19,210 nucleotides of DNA from Methanotrichaceae archaeon (GTDB lineage: Archaea > Halobacteriota > Methanosarcinia > Methanotrichales > Methanotrichaceae): NCBI GenBank assembly GCA_963803145.1, contig CAWDLW010000028.1:1-19210 (forward strand), read 5' to 3'. The position numbers and the translations under genes are program-made. Under the pieces are notes generated by a model. It searched no databases and had not been told where the DNA came from. It saw nothing but the letters and a program-made list of their open reading frames with translations. Of the stretch, positions 1 through 9,076 are shown in pieces. The first letter of the stretch is position 1. Every line of letters begins with the position of its first letter.

Positions 1-171
1 TCCTGGATATGATTTTATTGTTTTGATTTGGAATATATCGCTTCCTATTAATCTCTGTATTTTCTTTGCTGTTACTTCTGTGTTTCCAATTGGCAGGTTT
101 ACAATGCTGCCTCCCACATAATTATTTCCTTTGCGTGAAAAATAGGCTATAAGGCTCTTTGAATTTGCCAT
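1..171 (-). CDS. Flavodoxin (Flavodoxin_4-like), N-terminal part; runs off the window edge; not in the ORF track
   Basis: Manual translation from ATG at 171: MANSKSLIAYFSRKGNNYVGGSIVNLPIGNTEVTAKKIQRLIGSDIFQIKTIKSYPG. The IAYFS..G(N)...GNT..A..I pattern is typical of these flavodoxins. It lies directly downstream of the cupin gene. Confidence 0.88.
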   Translation of the reverse strand, partial: MANSKSLIAYFSRKGNNYVGGSIVNLPIGNTEVTAKKIQRLIGSDIFQIKTIKSYPG

Positions 172-205
172 TTCCTATCCCTTTCTAATCAATTACCTTT
201 TAATT

Positions 206-622
206 CTACCTTAAATTGTTGTAATCTTCATCCGTTACATGTTCCAGCCATACGGCATCTCCCTTTTGGGGATTGGCAATTATCGCAATATGTATAAGCC
301 AGCTATCCGGCGTGGCACCATGCCAATGTTCCACATTAGGATAGATTTTTACTACGTCCCCTTCCTGAATCACCTGTGCCGGTTTGCCCTCCTCTTGAAA
401 ATACCCTATGCCGCCGGTAACAAGCAGAATCTGTCCGCCCGGATGCTTATGCCAATTATTTCTTGCCCTCGGTTCAAAAGTCACATTAGCTATCTGACAA
501 TTGAACATGCTGTCCATAGGAACCAATGTATCAACCCATACTGCCCCTATGAAATGACCATCCGTAATTTTTTGGCCTTTCGGGAAGATTACACTTTCAC
601 TTAAATCGTTTGGTTTATTCAT
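206..622 (-). CDS. Cupin domain protein
   Basis: Cupin motifs WHKHPGGQILLVTGG.G and GDVVKIYPNVEHWHGA. Purine-rich AAGGATGA just upstream of the start. Confidence 0.9.
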   Translation of the reverse strand: MNKPNDLSESVIFPKGQKITDGHFIGAVWVDTLVPMDSMFNCQIANVTFEPRARNNWHKHPGGQILLVTGGIGYFQEEGKPAQVIQEGDVVKIYPNVEHWHGATPDSWLIHIAIIANPQKGDAVWLEHVTDEDYNNLR

Positions 623-637
623 GTCCGATCATCCTTT

Positions 638-1311
638 TCATTTATAAGATTCTCTGTAAATAGCAACACATTCATCCACACCGATCTCTCTTCTGTCACA
701 CGTAAACAAAAATCCCATCGTATACTTTGCGTTTTTAGCCATGGTTTCAAATTCTTCATGCTTAATGCCGAAATCGGACATTTTGAGGTCTGCGACCCCA
801 CAATCCTTCTGCAATTTCACTAACATTGTTATAAAATCCATCGGCTCTTTAGCATTCTCCATCCCCATGGCCTTTGCCATCTGAACGAACCTGTCATCAC
901 ATACATGCTTATCAATGAGATGCGTGAAATACGCCTTGCTGATCATGATCAGCCCTGCACCATGCGGAAGTTCCTGATGAAATGCTGACATTGCATGCTC
1001 CAAAGAATGCTCACTGGTGCATAACCCAACACTCTCCACTACACCGGAAAGCGTATTACCAAAAGCGACCTTTTCACGTGCATCAATGTCCTTTCCATTC
1101 TTTACAGCCTTTGCAAGATTATGGCTTATATTTTCAATAGCAGTAATTGCAAACATATCGCTCATAAGATTGACACCTTTCGAAACATAGCCTTCTACAC
1201 TATGAAATAAAGCATCAAATCCTTGATAAGCGGTAAATTTCGACGGTACAGATTGTTCAATTCACCTGCCCCAAATAGAATTCTGGTAGGTATATACATA
1301 TTAAAACTCAT
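638..1311 (-). pseudogene. Iron-containing alcohol dehydrogenase with a large internal deletion and frameshift
   Basis: ATG at 1311 gives the typical N-terminus MSFNMYIPTRILFGAGELNNL. At about 1249 this joins, in another frame, VPSKFTAYQGFDALFHSVEGY...HSLEHAMS...PHGAGL, which carries the Fe-ADH metal ligands. The NAD-binding GGGS region is absent. Confidence 0.88.
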
Positions 1312-1459
1312 ATCAAATCATCCGTATTCAATAGCACTTTTTGCCATCTCCTGGACTTGAAGCTAGTGACAGTACATTTTCCATTTTTATTATCTTGCAA
1401 CTACTTTTGCCTGCACCGTCTGATGTAATAGTATACATTAAGCACGTAAGGTATAAATA

Positions 1460-1471
1460 GTTTGTACAAAC
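1460..1471. promoter_or_regulatory. 12-bp palindrome GTTTGTACAAAC, candidate operator in the divergent ADH/HxlR promoter
   Basis: Perfect palindrome next to the TATA-like TATAAATA (1452-1459), upstream of the regulator. Confidence 0.35.
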
Positions 1472-1494
1472 ATAAATGATACATACTAACAGGA

Positions 1495-1857
1495 TTGATA
1501 CTAATGGACCCCACTCCTAAAGAATACAAGTATGATTGGCCGATCGATGCAACCCTGGATGTGATCGGTGGCAAATGGAAACCGCTGATCATATATGCGC
1601 TAAATGATGAAACGCTACGTTTTAGCCAGTTACTGGATAAGCTGCAGCCCAGGATTACCCAGAGAATGCTTACAAAACAGCTTCGCCAGCTTGAAGAAGA
1701 CGGCCTTATCACCAGAAAAGTTTACACGCAGGTCCCGCCGAAAGTGGAGTATTCGCTCACGGAATTAGGAAAGTCCCTTATGCCGATCCTCGACCAGCTC
1801 TGCGAGTGGGGAACCGAACATATGGGAATCCTCATTAAGTACCAGTGTGAAGAATAA
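1495..1857 (+). CDS. HxlR-family winged-helix transcriptional regulator (likely start ATG 1504)
   Basis: Motifs TLDVIGGKWKPLI, LRFSQL, ITQRMLTKQLRQLEEDGLI.RKVY.QVPPKVEYSLT.LG.SL. Confidence 0.95.
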   Translation: MILMDPTPKEYKYDWPIDATLDVIGGKWKPLIIYALNDETLRFSQLLDKLQPRITQRMLTKQLRQLEEDGLITRKVYTQVPPKVEYSLTELGKSLMPILDQLCEWGTEHMGILIKYQCEE

Positions 1858-1885
1858 ATGGCGCTTTTTCATCAAATCATTATAA

Positions 1886-1908
1886 GCCTGAAAATCGAGT
1901 TTTCAGGC
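1886..1908. terminator. Hairpin between convergent genes
   Basis: GCCTGAAAA-tcgag-TTTTCAGGC forms a perfect 9-bp stem, followed by ATTTT. Confidence 0.5.
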
Positions 1909-1988
1909 ATTTTATCGTATAAAACATAAATAATTATTTAAAGTCGATCCAAGAGCTGGGATATAAGTCTGCAATTAACCCATAAGCT

Positions 1989-2360
1989 TCATGGCGTGGT
2001 CACTGGGCTTGTAGGGCTTTTTATATCCTCCTTCATCTGCAAATACTGATCTCGGGTTATCTCCCCCTTTGCATATCTTTCATCCAGAATCTCTGCCAGG
2101 GTTCTTCTATCTACAGGAGGAATACTGCCGGTTGTGCCAAAAGGAGCACGATATCCACTCTCTCGGAGGAAGAGATACAGCGCCAGGAAGACTATGCCTA
2201 CCCATGGCACCAGGACGGGCAGTCCCCAGAGAAGTCCATTCATGCCTCTCTTCTCTGCATCTTTATAGACCAAATAAGCCAAGACAACGAAAACTAACCA
2301 TGTAAGAATCATCCAGCCTCCTATGAATGGGAACCAACCCATCATGTGATAATACGGCAT
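1989..2360 (-). CDS. Small membrane protein with C-terminal SHOCT domain
   Basis: Two hydrophobic helices and the motif EILDERYAKGEITRDQYLQMKEDI. GAGGT RBS upstream. Confidence 0.85.
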   Translation of the reverse strand: MPYYHMMGWFPFIGGWMILTWLVFVVLAYLVYKDAEKRGMNGLLWGLPVLVPWVGIVFLALYLFLRESGYRAPFGTTGSIPPVDRRTLAEILDERYAKGEITRDQYLQMKEDIKSPTSPVTTP

Positions 2361-2485
2361 TCTGTGTACCTCTTGGTTCAGAAGTCCCGAAAATGCTTCT
2401 ATCTAATCGGCTTCTGTCAAGATATTATTCGGCGTTTAACGTATAAAAAGACATAGTACCGCCAGCTGGCGGGCAGAGTGCTATC

Positions 2486-3043
2486 TCATTTTATCCATTT
2501 CAGTATCTTAGTCTCTTTTGGTTTTGAAGCAGGGCTCTCAGCAGGATAGCCGAATATTAGTGGTGCCATAAGCTCATAGTCCTGGGGTATACCGACCTCC
2601 GCTAAAGCCTTCGGCTCCTGATTCAGAAATGATGCAAATCCAATAAAGCAGCTTCCCAAGCCATCCTGGTAGGCTGTGAGGAACATATTTTGTGCCGCCA
2701 GGCCGCAATCCAGGAGGTTCACGGTTTTCATTTCTTCCTTTTTGGGTACTGAAACCAGGATCAAGAGTGGAGCCCCGTAGAATATCACATCCTTGTCAGA
2801 CTGAAATGACTTCTTGAACTCCTCAGGCCAGGGTGCTTTGAGAAGAAGGGACTTAGTCTTTTTAGAGAGATCGTTAATAGTGTCCCTACTCTCTATCACA
2901 ACAAAGTTCCACGGTTGCGCGTTCATACCAGAAGGCGCCGAGGTTCCTGCTTTGAGAATCTTATTTATAATCTCTTTTGGAACCGCCATTTCTTTGTATT
3001 TTCGGATGCTTCTTCTTCCGCCGATACATTCATCAAGTTCCAT
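2486..3043 (-). CDS. Nitroreductase family protein
   Basis: Motifs RRSIRKY, APSGMNAQPWNFVV, DCGLAAQNMFLTA...GLGSCFIG and FGYP. Confidence 0.95.
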   Translation of the reverse strand: MELDECIGGRRSIRKYKEMAVPKEIINKILKAGTSAPSGMNAQPWNFVVIESRDTINDLSKKTKSLLLKAPWPEEFKKSFQSDKDVIFYGAPLLILVSVPKKEEMKTVNLLDCGLAAQNMFLTAYQDGLGSCFIGFASFLNQEPKALAEVGIPQDYELMAPLIFGYPAESPASKPKETKILKWIK

Positions 3044-3152
3044 AGCAGGAGATTTCCACGCTAATCTATTTAAATTATCTCAGAGGCTTTAACTGTCGCG
3101 TTCGACAGATAATGTTCGATAGCTTATTTATGTTGGGGATGGAACTGTAGGG

Positions 3153-3818
3153 TTGATGCGTTCCATTAGTGACTTTAAAACAGATGCTTTGATGGATGAG
3201 ATCAAGTCGATGTATAGTGGGGCAGATCCCGCTCATGATTTTTCCCATATACTCAGAGTTTACAGCAATGCTAAATGGATCGGAGAAAAGGAATGCTCCG
3301 ACATGACGGTTCTTCTTCTGGCAGCCCTCCTTCACGATGTCGGGTCCGAATCAAAATTGGAAGAAAAATCAGTGAAGCTGAAGGAAACAAAAGCCGCTGA
3401 GGATTTCCTGAAGAAGAAAGGCATTCCCGATGATATTAGCGATAAAATCATTTACGCAATAAGAGTGCACAGGTTCTCCAAGGGAATCGTGCCGAGCACG
3501 TTTGAGGCAAAGATCTTGCAGGATGCTGATAGGCTAGACGCCATGGGTGCGATAGGGATCGCTAGAGTTTTTATGACTGGAGGAGCCCTGGGAAGGGCTC
3601 TTTACAATCTCAATGATCCTTTTTGCGCGGCAAGGGAGCCTGAAGATAAAATATGGAATCTGGATCATTTCTATAGAAAGCTCTTGAAGCTTGAATCGGG
3701 AATGCACACAGATACTGCAAAGAGGCTTGCCAGGAGGAGAGCGGCAGTGCTTGAGAGATATCTAATAGATCTCAAGGAAGAGCTGGAGGGCCTAGATATG
3801 GAGACAATCGAAGGATAA
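3153..3818 (+). CDS. HD-domain metal-dependent phosphohydrolase (YedJ-like); true start may be slightly downstream
   Basis: Motifs HDFSHILRV, LLHDVG, HRFS, LQDADRLDAMGAIGIAR and HFYRKLLKL. Confidence 0.92.
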   Translation: MMRSISDFKTDALMDEIKSMYSGADPAHDFSHILRVYSNAKWIGEKECSDMTVLLLAALLHDVGSESKLEEKSVKLKETKAAEDFLKKKGIPDDISDKIIYAIRVHRFSKGIVPSTFEAKILQDADRLDAMGAIGIARVFMTGGALGRALYNLNDPFCAAREPEDKIWNLDHFYRKLLKLESGMHTDTAKRLARRRAAVLERYLIDLKEELEGLDMETIEG

Positions 3819-3827
3819 GGATCCAAG

Positions 3828-5009
3828 GTGATGGAATTGGAGTATATTCTGCATCCGAAGTCGGAAATCATCGACAGGATAAAAAGATTCCAGGATCAGA
3901 TGGACGATATTACAGGAGCCATTTTGTTTCAGTCGGTGGACATGGGCTATTTTTCAGGAACTGCACAAGACGGTCTTATCTACATCCCATACGATTCAGA
4001 GCCTATTGTTATGGTAAGGAGAAGTCTCGAGCGGGCCAAATATGAATCGTCCTTGGATGTTCAGCCGCTAAAGAGCTTAAAGACCCTAAAATCTGATCTG
4101 AAAATACCAACAGGCGCAACAATTGGCCTGGAACTGGATATTCTCCCATTCAATAACTACTCTAGGATAGCGAAAGCTTTGGGCGACGCCAGGCTCACAG
4201 ATGTTTCTGAGGAGATCAAGCATATCCGCTCTGTAAAGTCGGAATTCGAGATAGGTCTGATCAAAGAGGCTGCAAAGATACTCGATATAGGACTTGCCTC
4301 AGTCCCAGATTACCTCAAAGAAGGTATAAGGGAGATTGAACTGGCCGCAAAAGTAGAAGCTACTATGAGGGAAATCGGGCATCAGGGCATTGTGCGTTTC
4401 CGCAGGTTCAACCAGGTTCTGCCAATGGGCCATCTCATGGCTGGACCTGAGGCTGCCGTTCAAAGCTTTGTATCTTCGCCCACAGGCGGAAAGGGGGCAT
4501 CACTGTTCCACCCACAGGGACCAGGGTTTCGGAGAATCAAGCGAAATGAGCCCGTGCTTGTAGATTACGCAGGAACCTATAATGGATACATCGCGGATGA
4601 GACTAGGATATTTTCGCTTGGCAAGCTGCCAAGTGCACTGGAGGACGCTCATCAGGCTGCCCTAGAGATTGAGAGATCCATAGCTGATGAACTTAAGCCG
4701 GGGAAGATCGGGCGAGATCTATTCAACCTCTCTGAAACAGTAGGCGAGAAGCTTGGATTCAAAGAGTTCCTTGGCGGTCCTCCTGGGGGCAAATGTGGAT
4801 TTGTTGGCCATGGCGTGGGACTGGAGATAGATGAATATCCAGTTTTAGGACCTGTAGATCATATAATCAAAGAAAATATGACCATCGCAGTAGAGCCGAA
4901 GATTATCTACCCTGAAATGGGCGTTGTAGGCATAGAAGATACGTTCTTGACCACTCCACAGAAAGCGAAGAGACTGACTGGGCTGCCGCTGGATATATGG
5001 TATGTATGA
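3828..5009 (+). CDS. M24 family Xaa-Pro aminopeptidase / prolidase-like
   Basis: Motifs RSVKSEFEI, VD.AG.YNGY.ADETR, GHGVGLE.DE.P, AVEPK and GIED (metal ligands). Follows the HD gene with a 9-bp gap. Confidence 0.93.
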   Translation: MMELEYILHPKSEIIDRIKRFQDQMDDITGAILFQSVDMGYFSGTAQDGLIYIPYDSEPIVMVRRSLERAKYESSLDVQPLKSLKTLKSDLKIPTGATIGLELDILPFNNYSRIAKALGDARLTDVSEEIKHIRSVKSEFEIGLIKEAAKILDIGLASVPDYLKEGIREIELAAKVEATMREIGHQGIVRFRRFNQVLPMGHLMAGPEAAVQSFVSSPTGGKGASLFHPQGPGFRRIKRNEPVLVDYAGTYNGYIADETRIFSLGKLPSALEDAHQAALEIERSIADELKPGKIGRDLFNLSETVGEKLGFKEFLGGPPGGKCGFVGHGVGLEIDEYPVLGPVDHIIKENMTIAVEPKIIYPEMGVVGIEDTFLTTPQKAKRLTGLPLDIWYV

Positions 5010-5239
5010 GGGTTCTGTTGCATATGGTGGTGTTGCGGCAAAAAAAGTGGCTAAAGGATTGTGATTTTCCCTATCATCACCCCTCAATGCAACAGTACAA
5101 TAGTTATTGCCACTACAAGAACAAATGATACTAATTTTTGATAAATGTGCGCCTTAATCCCTCCCTTTATTGCAAATTAATTGTGATCAATGTTTAAGAC
5201 TATATAAAGATTTTGTGTATTGGAATTCTCCTTTGCTCT

Positions 5240-5466
5240 CTCTTTGACCCCCCTTTCACGTCATGGGTTGTTTTCTTTTTGTCAGGGAATACGTCTACTG
5301 TGGCGATTCAGGTTACTTTATAGGTATCGTTGATAGTCTGCACTGCCTTCGATCCTCCATTTTATGAGATCGAGTTCATGGAGGCATCTGCTATAGCTAC
5401 TATGGTTATCGTCTATAAAATCAGCACTATAAGTGCTATTGCCAATATCCTATTGAGGGGATACAT
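5240..5466 (-). pseudogene. Decayed gene for a secreted protein
   Basis: From ATG 5466: MYPLNRILAIALIVLIL*TITIVAIADASMNSIS*NGGSKAVQTINDTYKVT*IATVDVFPD. A signal-peptide-like start is interrupted by three in-frame stops. Confidence 0.45.
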
Positions 5467-5621
5467 CGATCATATTTTCGAAAATATCTTCATAACGTTA
5501 TTTTCTAGGTTCTTAATTGATCTCTCAGTGGGTTAAACTATCGATAACTTATAAATACTTGCTTACTTTTTATAATGTAAAATTTTAACTACACAAAATC
5601 CGCGCAAAGGATGAGACCTAT

Positions 5622-7046
5622 ATGAGATGGATGGAGATTCTATGCGTAATGCTGATGGCTGCCATGGTGGCATCATCGGCATCTGCTTCTAGTGTAACGG
5701 ATTTCAGCTCACTGGATAAAGCCATCCAGGAAGAGCTGAAAGCGACTAACACCCCGGGGTGTGCCGTAGTTATGGTCAGCGGCGACAAGATAATTTATGC
5801 CAAGAGCTTCGGAGTGGCCAATCTGGAGACGGGCCAGCCTTTAAAGCCTGATGCTCTGTTTAATATAGGGTCCACTACCAAAATGTTCACCGCCTGTACC
5901 CTTCTCTCCCTGGCAGAGGAAGGAAAGCTGGATATCAACATGCCCATTGGCAACTACATTAAGGGCCTGAGCCCAGGGCTGTCCAAGGTGACTGCAAGCC
6001 AGCTTCTCAGCCACACCGCAGGCTTAGAAGACCTATCCAGCAACCCAGTGGAAGATTGGGATTACCAATCCGGCCTCGGGAGATATGTACGCTCTATGAA
6101 CGACTCCATGTTGTTCACAGAGCCAGGAGATATCTTCTCTTACTCAAACCCCGGATTCGATATTGCAGGCTATTTGATAGAGGTCGTTTCAGGGAAGCCC
6201 TATGCCGATGCAGTGGATGAGAAAGTCCTGAGGCCTCTTGGCATGAACAATTCCACCTTCCATCTGGAGTATGCCGTCACCTATCCATGCCAGATGTCCA
6301 TGGGGCATGAGAGCTTTAGGACTGTAAAGATGGAGGTTCTCCGGCCCTATGATGAGGTCGCTAACCAGTGGCCTGCCGGGTTCCTAATCTCCAACATCTA
6401 CGACATGGCCAAGTTCGCCACAGCCATGATGAATAACGGTACCCTAGACGGAAAGCAGGTCCTATCCCCGTCCGTAATAAAGGAGATGTGTACACCCCAT
6501 GTCCGGCAGTACGAAGTGAATGCAAATATGAGCTACGGCTATGGCACGGATATCAACACCTTTGATTCCGAGGACATAGGGCATATGGGAAATGCCATGG
6601 GCTTCAACAGTATATGCACGATAGTCCCTGAGCGCAAGATTGCCGTGATAATCCTATCTAATAACGCTGGAAGTGGTAACATGCTTACTTCAACCAAAGC
6701 GGCTCTTGGGCTCATGATGCCCCTGAAACCTGAAGTACAGAAGGCGCCCCTTCCCATGAACCAGTCGGAGATGGCTGAGTATGTGGGCAACTATACTACG
6801 GGCGCCGGGACTGTGCATAGAATCAGAGTTGTAAATGGCAATTTATCCTGGAGTCAGGGTGGAAAACTTCTGCCGGACCAGCATCCAATGGAATTGCCCT
6901 TGCTGAAGCTGAGCAATAACGATGAATTCGGCATCCAATATCCTCAATATAACAATTTAATAGTTCCTGTCCAGTTTGCAAGAGGCAAGGATGGAAAGGT
7001 CAAATACTTCCACATACATACAAGAGCCTTCCTGAAGGAGTCTTGA
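5622..7046 (+). CDS. Secreted serine hydrolase, beta-lactamase class C / PBP-like family
   Basis: Signal peptide, SxxK (GSTTK), LLSHTAG, YxN (YSN) and GHMG triad, plus a C-terminal extension (EYVGNY). Confidence 0.93.
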   Translation: MRWMEILCVMLMAAMVASSASASSVTDFSSLDKAIQEELKATNTPGCAVVMVSGDKIIYAKSFGVANLETGQPLKPDALFNIGSTTKMFTACTLLSLAEEGKLDINMPIGNYIKGLSPGLSKVTASQLLSHTAGLEDLSSNPVEDWDYQSGLGRYVRSMNDSMLFTEPGDIFSYSNPGFDIAGYLIEVVSGKPYADAVDEKVLRPLGMNNSTFHLEYAVTYPCQMSMGHESFRTVKMEVLRPYDEVANQWPAGFLISNIYDMAKFATAMMNNGTLDGKQVLSPSVIKEMCTPHVRQYEVNANMSYGYGTDINTFDSEDIGHMGNAMGFNSICTIVPERKIAVIILSNNAGSGNMLTSTKAALGLMMPLKPEVQKAPLPMNQSEMAEYVGNYTTGAGTVHRIRVVNGNLSWSQGGKLLPDQHPMELPLLKLSNNDEFGIQYPQYNNLIVPVQFARGKDGKVKYFHIHTRAFLKES

Positions 7047-7504
7047 GAAAAATCAGTGCTTGGAGGGCGCTTAAGGCGCTCTGCCAGGCATAATGTTTTA
7101 CCGGCTTATATTTTTATCTTTTCTATTGTGTGACCCTGCTGCAGCTGAAGCCGCATGCAGCAGTCGTGTGCGTTCGTTCCCTTCTGAGTGAATTCATCCA
7201 TATCCATGCTGTCAGCCGTCATCTCAGCATCAGAAATAGCGATGATTCCCATAAGCACCTTCACAAGGAAACGCGGTTTTAAGATCGATTATGCCCATAC
7301 GATAGACTTTTGCATTTTGGGTTTTACTGCTGGGATTTCACCAATCTACCTCATACACAGAGTTCGATAATATAATTAGATAATATAGTGGGCTCTGTAA
7401 TAGTTATGGCATGTTAGGCGAAAATAATAGGAAGAGGTACGGGCTGTACCCCGCTAATTCATATGCGGGAATTAGCCCTGCCTTCCTCCTAAAAAAGGGC
7501 CGGG

Positions 7505-9076
7505 CTAGATCTTTTTAAAGCTACCGTCCAGGAGCCCTCCCATCTCAGTTGTAAGTCCCTCAGCACTTCCCTCAGGACCGATCTGGAAAGTGGCAAATCC
7601 CCCGCTGTACTCAGGGAAGTCAGGGAGATCCATTAGGAAGGTATCCCTGTTATAGGGCTTCAGAATTATCTCCGAGTTCCTGGGACCGAGAGCCATAGCC
7701 AGGCTTCCATTATCCACAAAGATCCTGAGATTGCCGTAGACATCATTGGTATAGTTGCCCGCATAGCTCTCATAAGGAAGAGGCTCTGGGTGCTGTGCCT
7801 GGGACGCTGTTTGACTATCTTTGATGCTAGCGATTGCATTCTCTTTCGCTTTCTGTTCCTCTAGGTAATCCGTGCTTGGATTTTCGAAGTACATGTCCAT
7901 GAACTTCCTTGCCAGTATGGTCGGCGCTATCTCGAACCTATTGGCAAACACTAGTATGCCTACCTTGGACTGAGGTGCAAAGGCAACTATGGTCAGGTGG
8001 CCTGTAGTCCCGCCGGTGTGCCAGAGGAGGGGATCTGGATGGTAGTTTCCATATCTCCAGCCAAGGCAATAATAATCTATGGGCATAGGCCAGTAGCCTG
8101 CTTTCATCCCTGGATCTGTCACTGTTATCTCAGGAGTCAGCACGTACCTGAGGTTGTCCTCGCTTATGATCTGCTTTCCTTGGTACGTCCCATTGTTCAT
8201 AAGCATGGCCAGCCACTTGGCCATATCGTAGATATTGGAGTTTATTGCACCAGAAGGACCTACGTTATATGTCCAGTCCAGGTATTTCCAATCCATGGAG
8301 ATGGGCTCTAATGTGCCGTTTACCTCCCTGTGAAGGTACGCCACATTGCGGCCATTCTTGAAGGATTGGAGGTCTGTCGATGAGTTTCTCATGCCCAAGG
8401 GTGAGAATATATCTTCCATGACTGTCTCGCCCCAGGGCTTGCCAGTGAGCTTCTCGGTGAGGTTTTGGGCTACTACATATTCCAGGTTCTGATAAGCATA
8501 AGCCGACCTGAAGCTCGTGACCGACTTTTCGTATTTAAGAGCGTTTATCAACTGGGATCTGTTGTAATCCATTTCCATCATCATATCCCCGAAATGATGG
8601 GGCAGGCCGCTCCTGTGGCAGAGCATATCGGTGATGGTGAACTCCCTGGTGACCCAGGGGTCGTACATCCGAAACTCGGGCAGATAATCAATGATCTTGT
8701 CATTCCAATTCAACTTGCCCTGGTCAACCTGCATGGCCAGAAGGGCAGACCCAAAGGCTTTGGAGCAGGACCCTATCTGGAATATCGTATCAGGAGTGAT
8801 AGGATCTGTGCCGCCAACTTTTCTCACACCGAAGCCCTTGGCATAAACCAGCTTATCTCCGTAGACTATGCCTATAGCCATGCCAGGCACCTCTAACTCC
8901 TTCATAGAGTCCTGGGCATACTTCTCAAACGCTGGCAGAATTTCTTTGATTCTATCCTCGCCACTAGATGCTGAAGCGCAGCACGAGGATATTATCATTA
9001 TCGTCAGCATTAATGCCAACATCATCAATCTATGATGATACTCCAACTTCATCCCTCTATTTTCGTAAACTAGCAA
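7505..9076 (-). CDS. Secreted serine hydrolase, beta-lactamase family with DUF3471-like C-terminus (likely start ATG 9052)
   Basis: Signal peptide, GSCSK, MLCHRSGL, YQN, WHTGG and a C-terminal YAGNYTNDVYG. AGAGGG precedes ATG 9052. Confidence 0.93.
   Translation of the reverse strand: MLVYENRGMKLEYHHRLMMLALMLTIMIISSCCASASSGEDRIKEILPAFEKYAQDSMKELEVPGMAIGIVYGDKLVYAKGFGVRKVGGTDPITPDTIFQIGSCSKAFGSALLAMQVDQGKLNWNDKIIDYLPEFRMYDPWVTREFTITDMLCHRSGLPHHFGDMMMEMDYNRSQLINALKYEKSVTSFRSAYAYQNLEYVVAQNLTEKLTGKPWGETVMEDIFSPLGMRNSSTDLQSFKNGRNVAYLHREVNGTLEPISMDWKYLDWTYNVGPSGAINSNIYDMAKWLAMLMNNGTYQGKQIISEDNLRYVLTPEITVTDPGMKAGYWPMPIDYYCLGWRYGNYHPDPLLWHTGGTTGHLTIVAFAPQSKVGILVFANRFEIAPTILARKFMDMYFENPSTDYLEEQKAKENAIASIKDSQTASQAQHPEPLPYESYAGNYTNDVYGNLRIFVDNGSLAMALGPRNSEIILKPYNRDTFLMDLPDFPEYSGGFATFQIGPEGSAEGLTTEMGGLLDGSFKKI

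Noticed and set aside
2459-2472. Perfect 14-bp palindrome CCGCCAGCTGGCGG
   Set aside because: Single copy just past the nitroreductase stop. It may aid termination, but nothing further supports a function.
5240-5466. Stop-codon recoding (pyrrolysine or selenocysteine)
   Set aside because: All three stop types occur in the same short frame, which indicates decay and not recoding.
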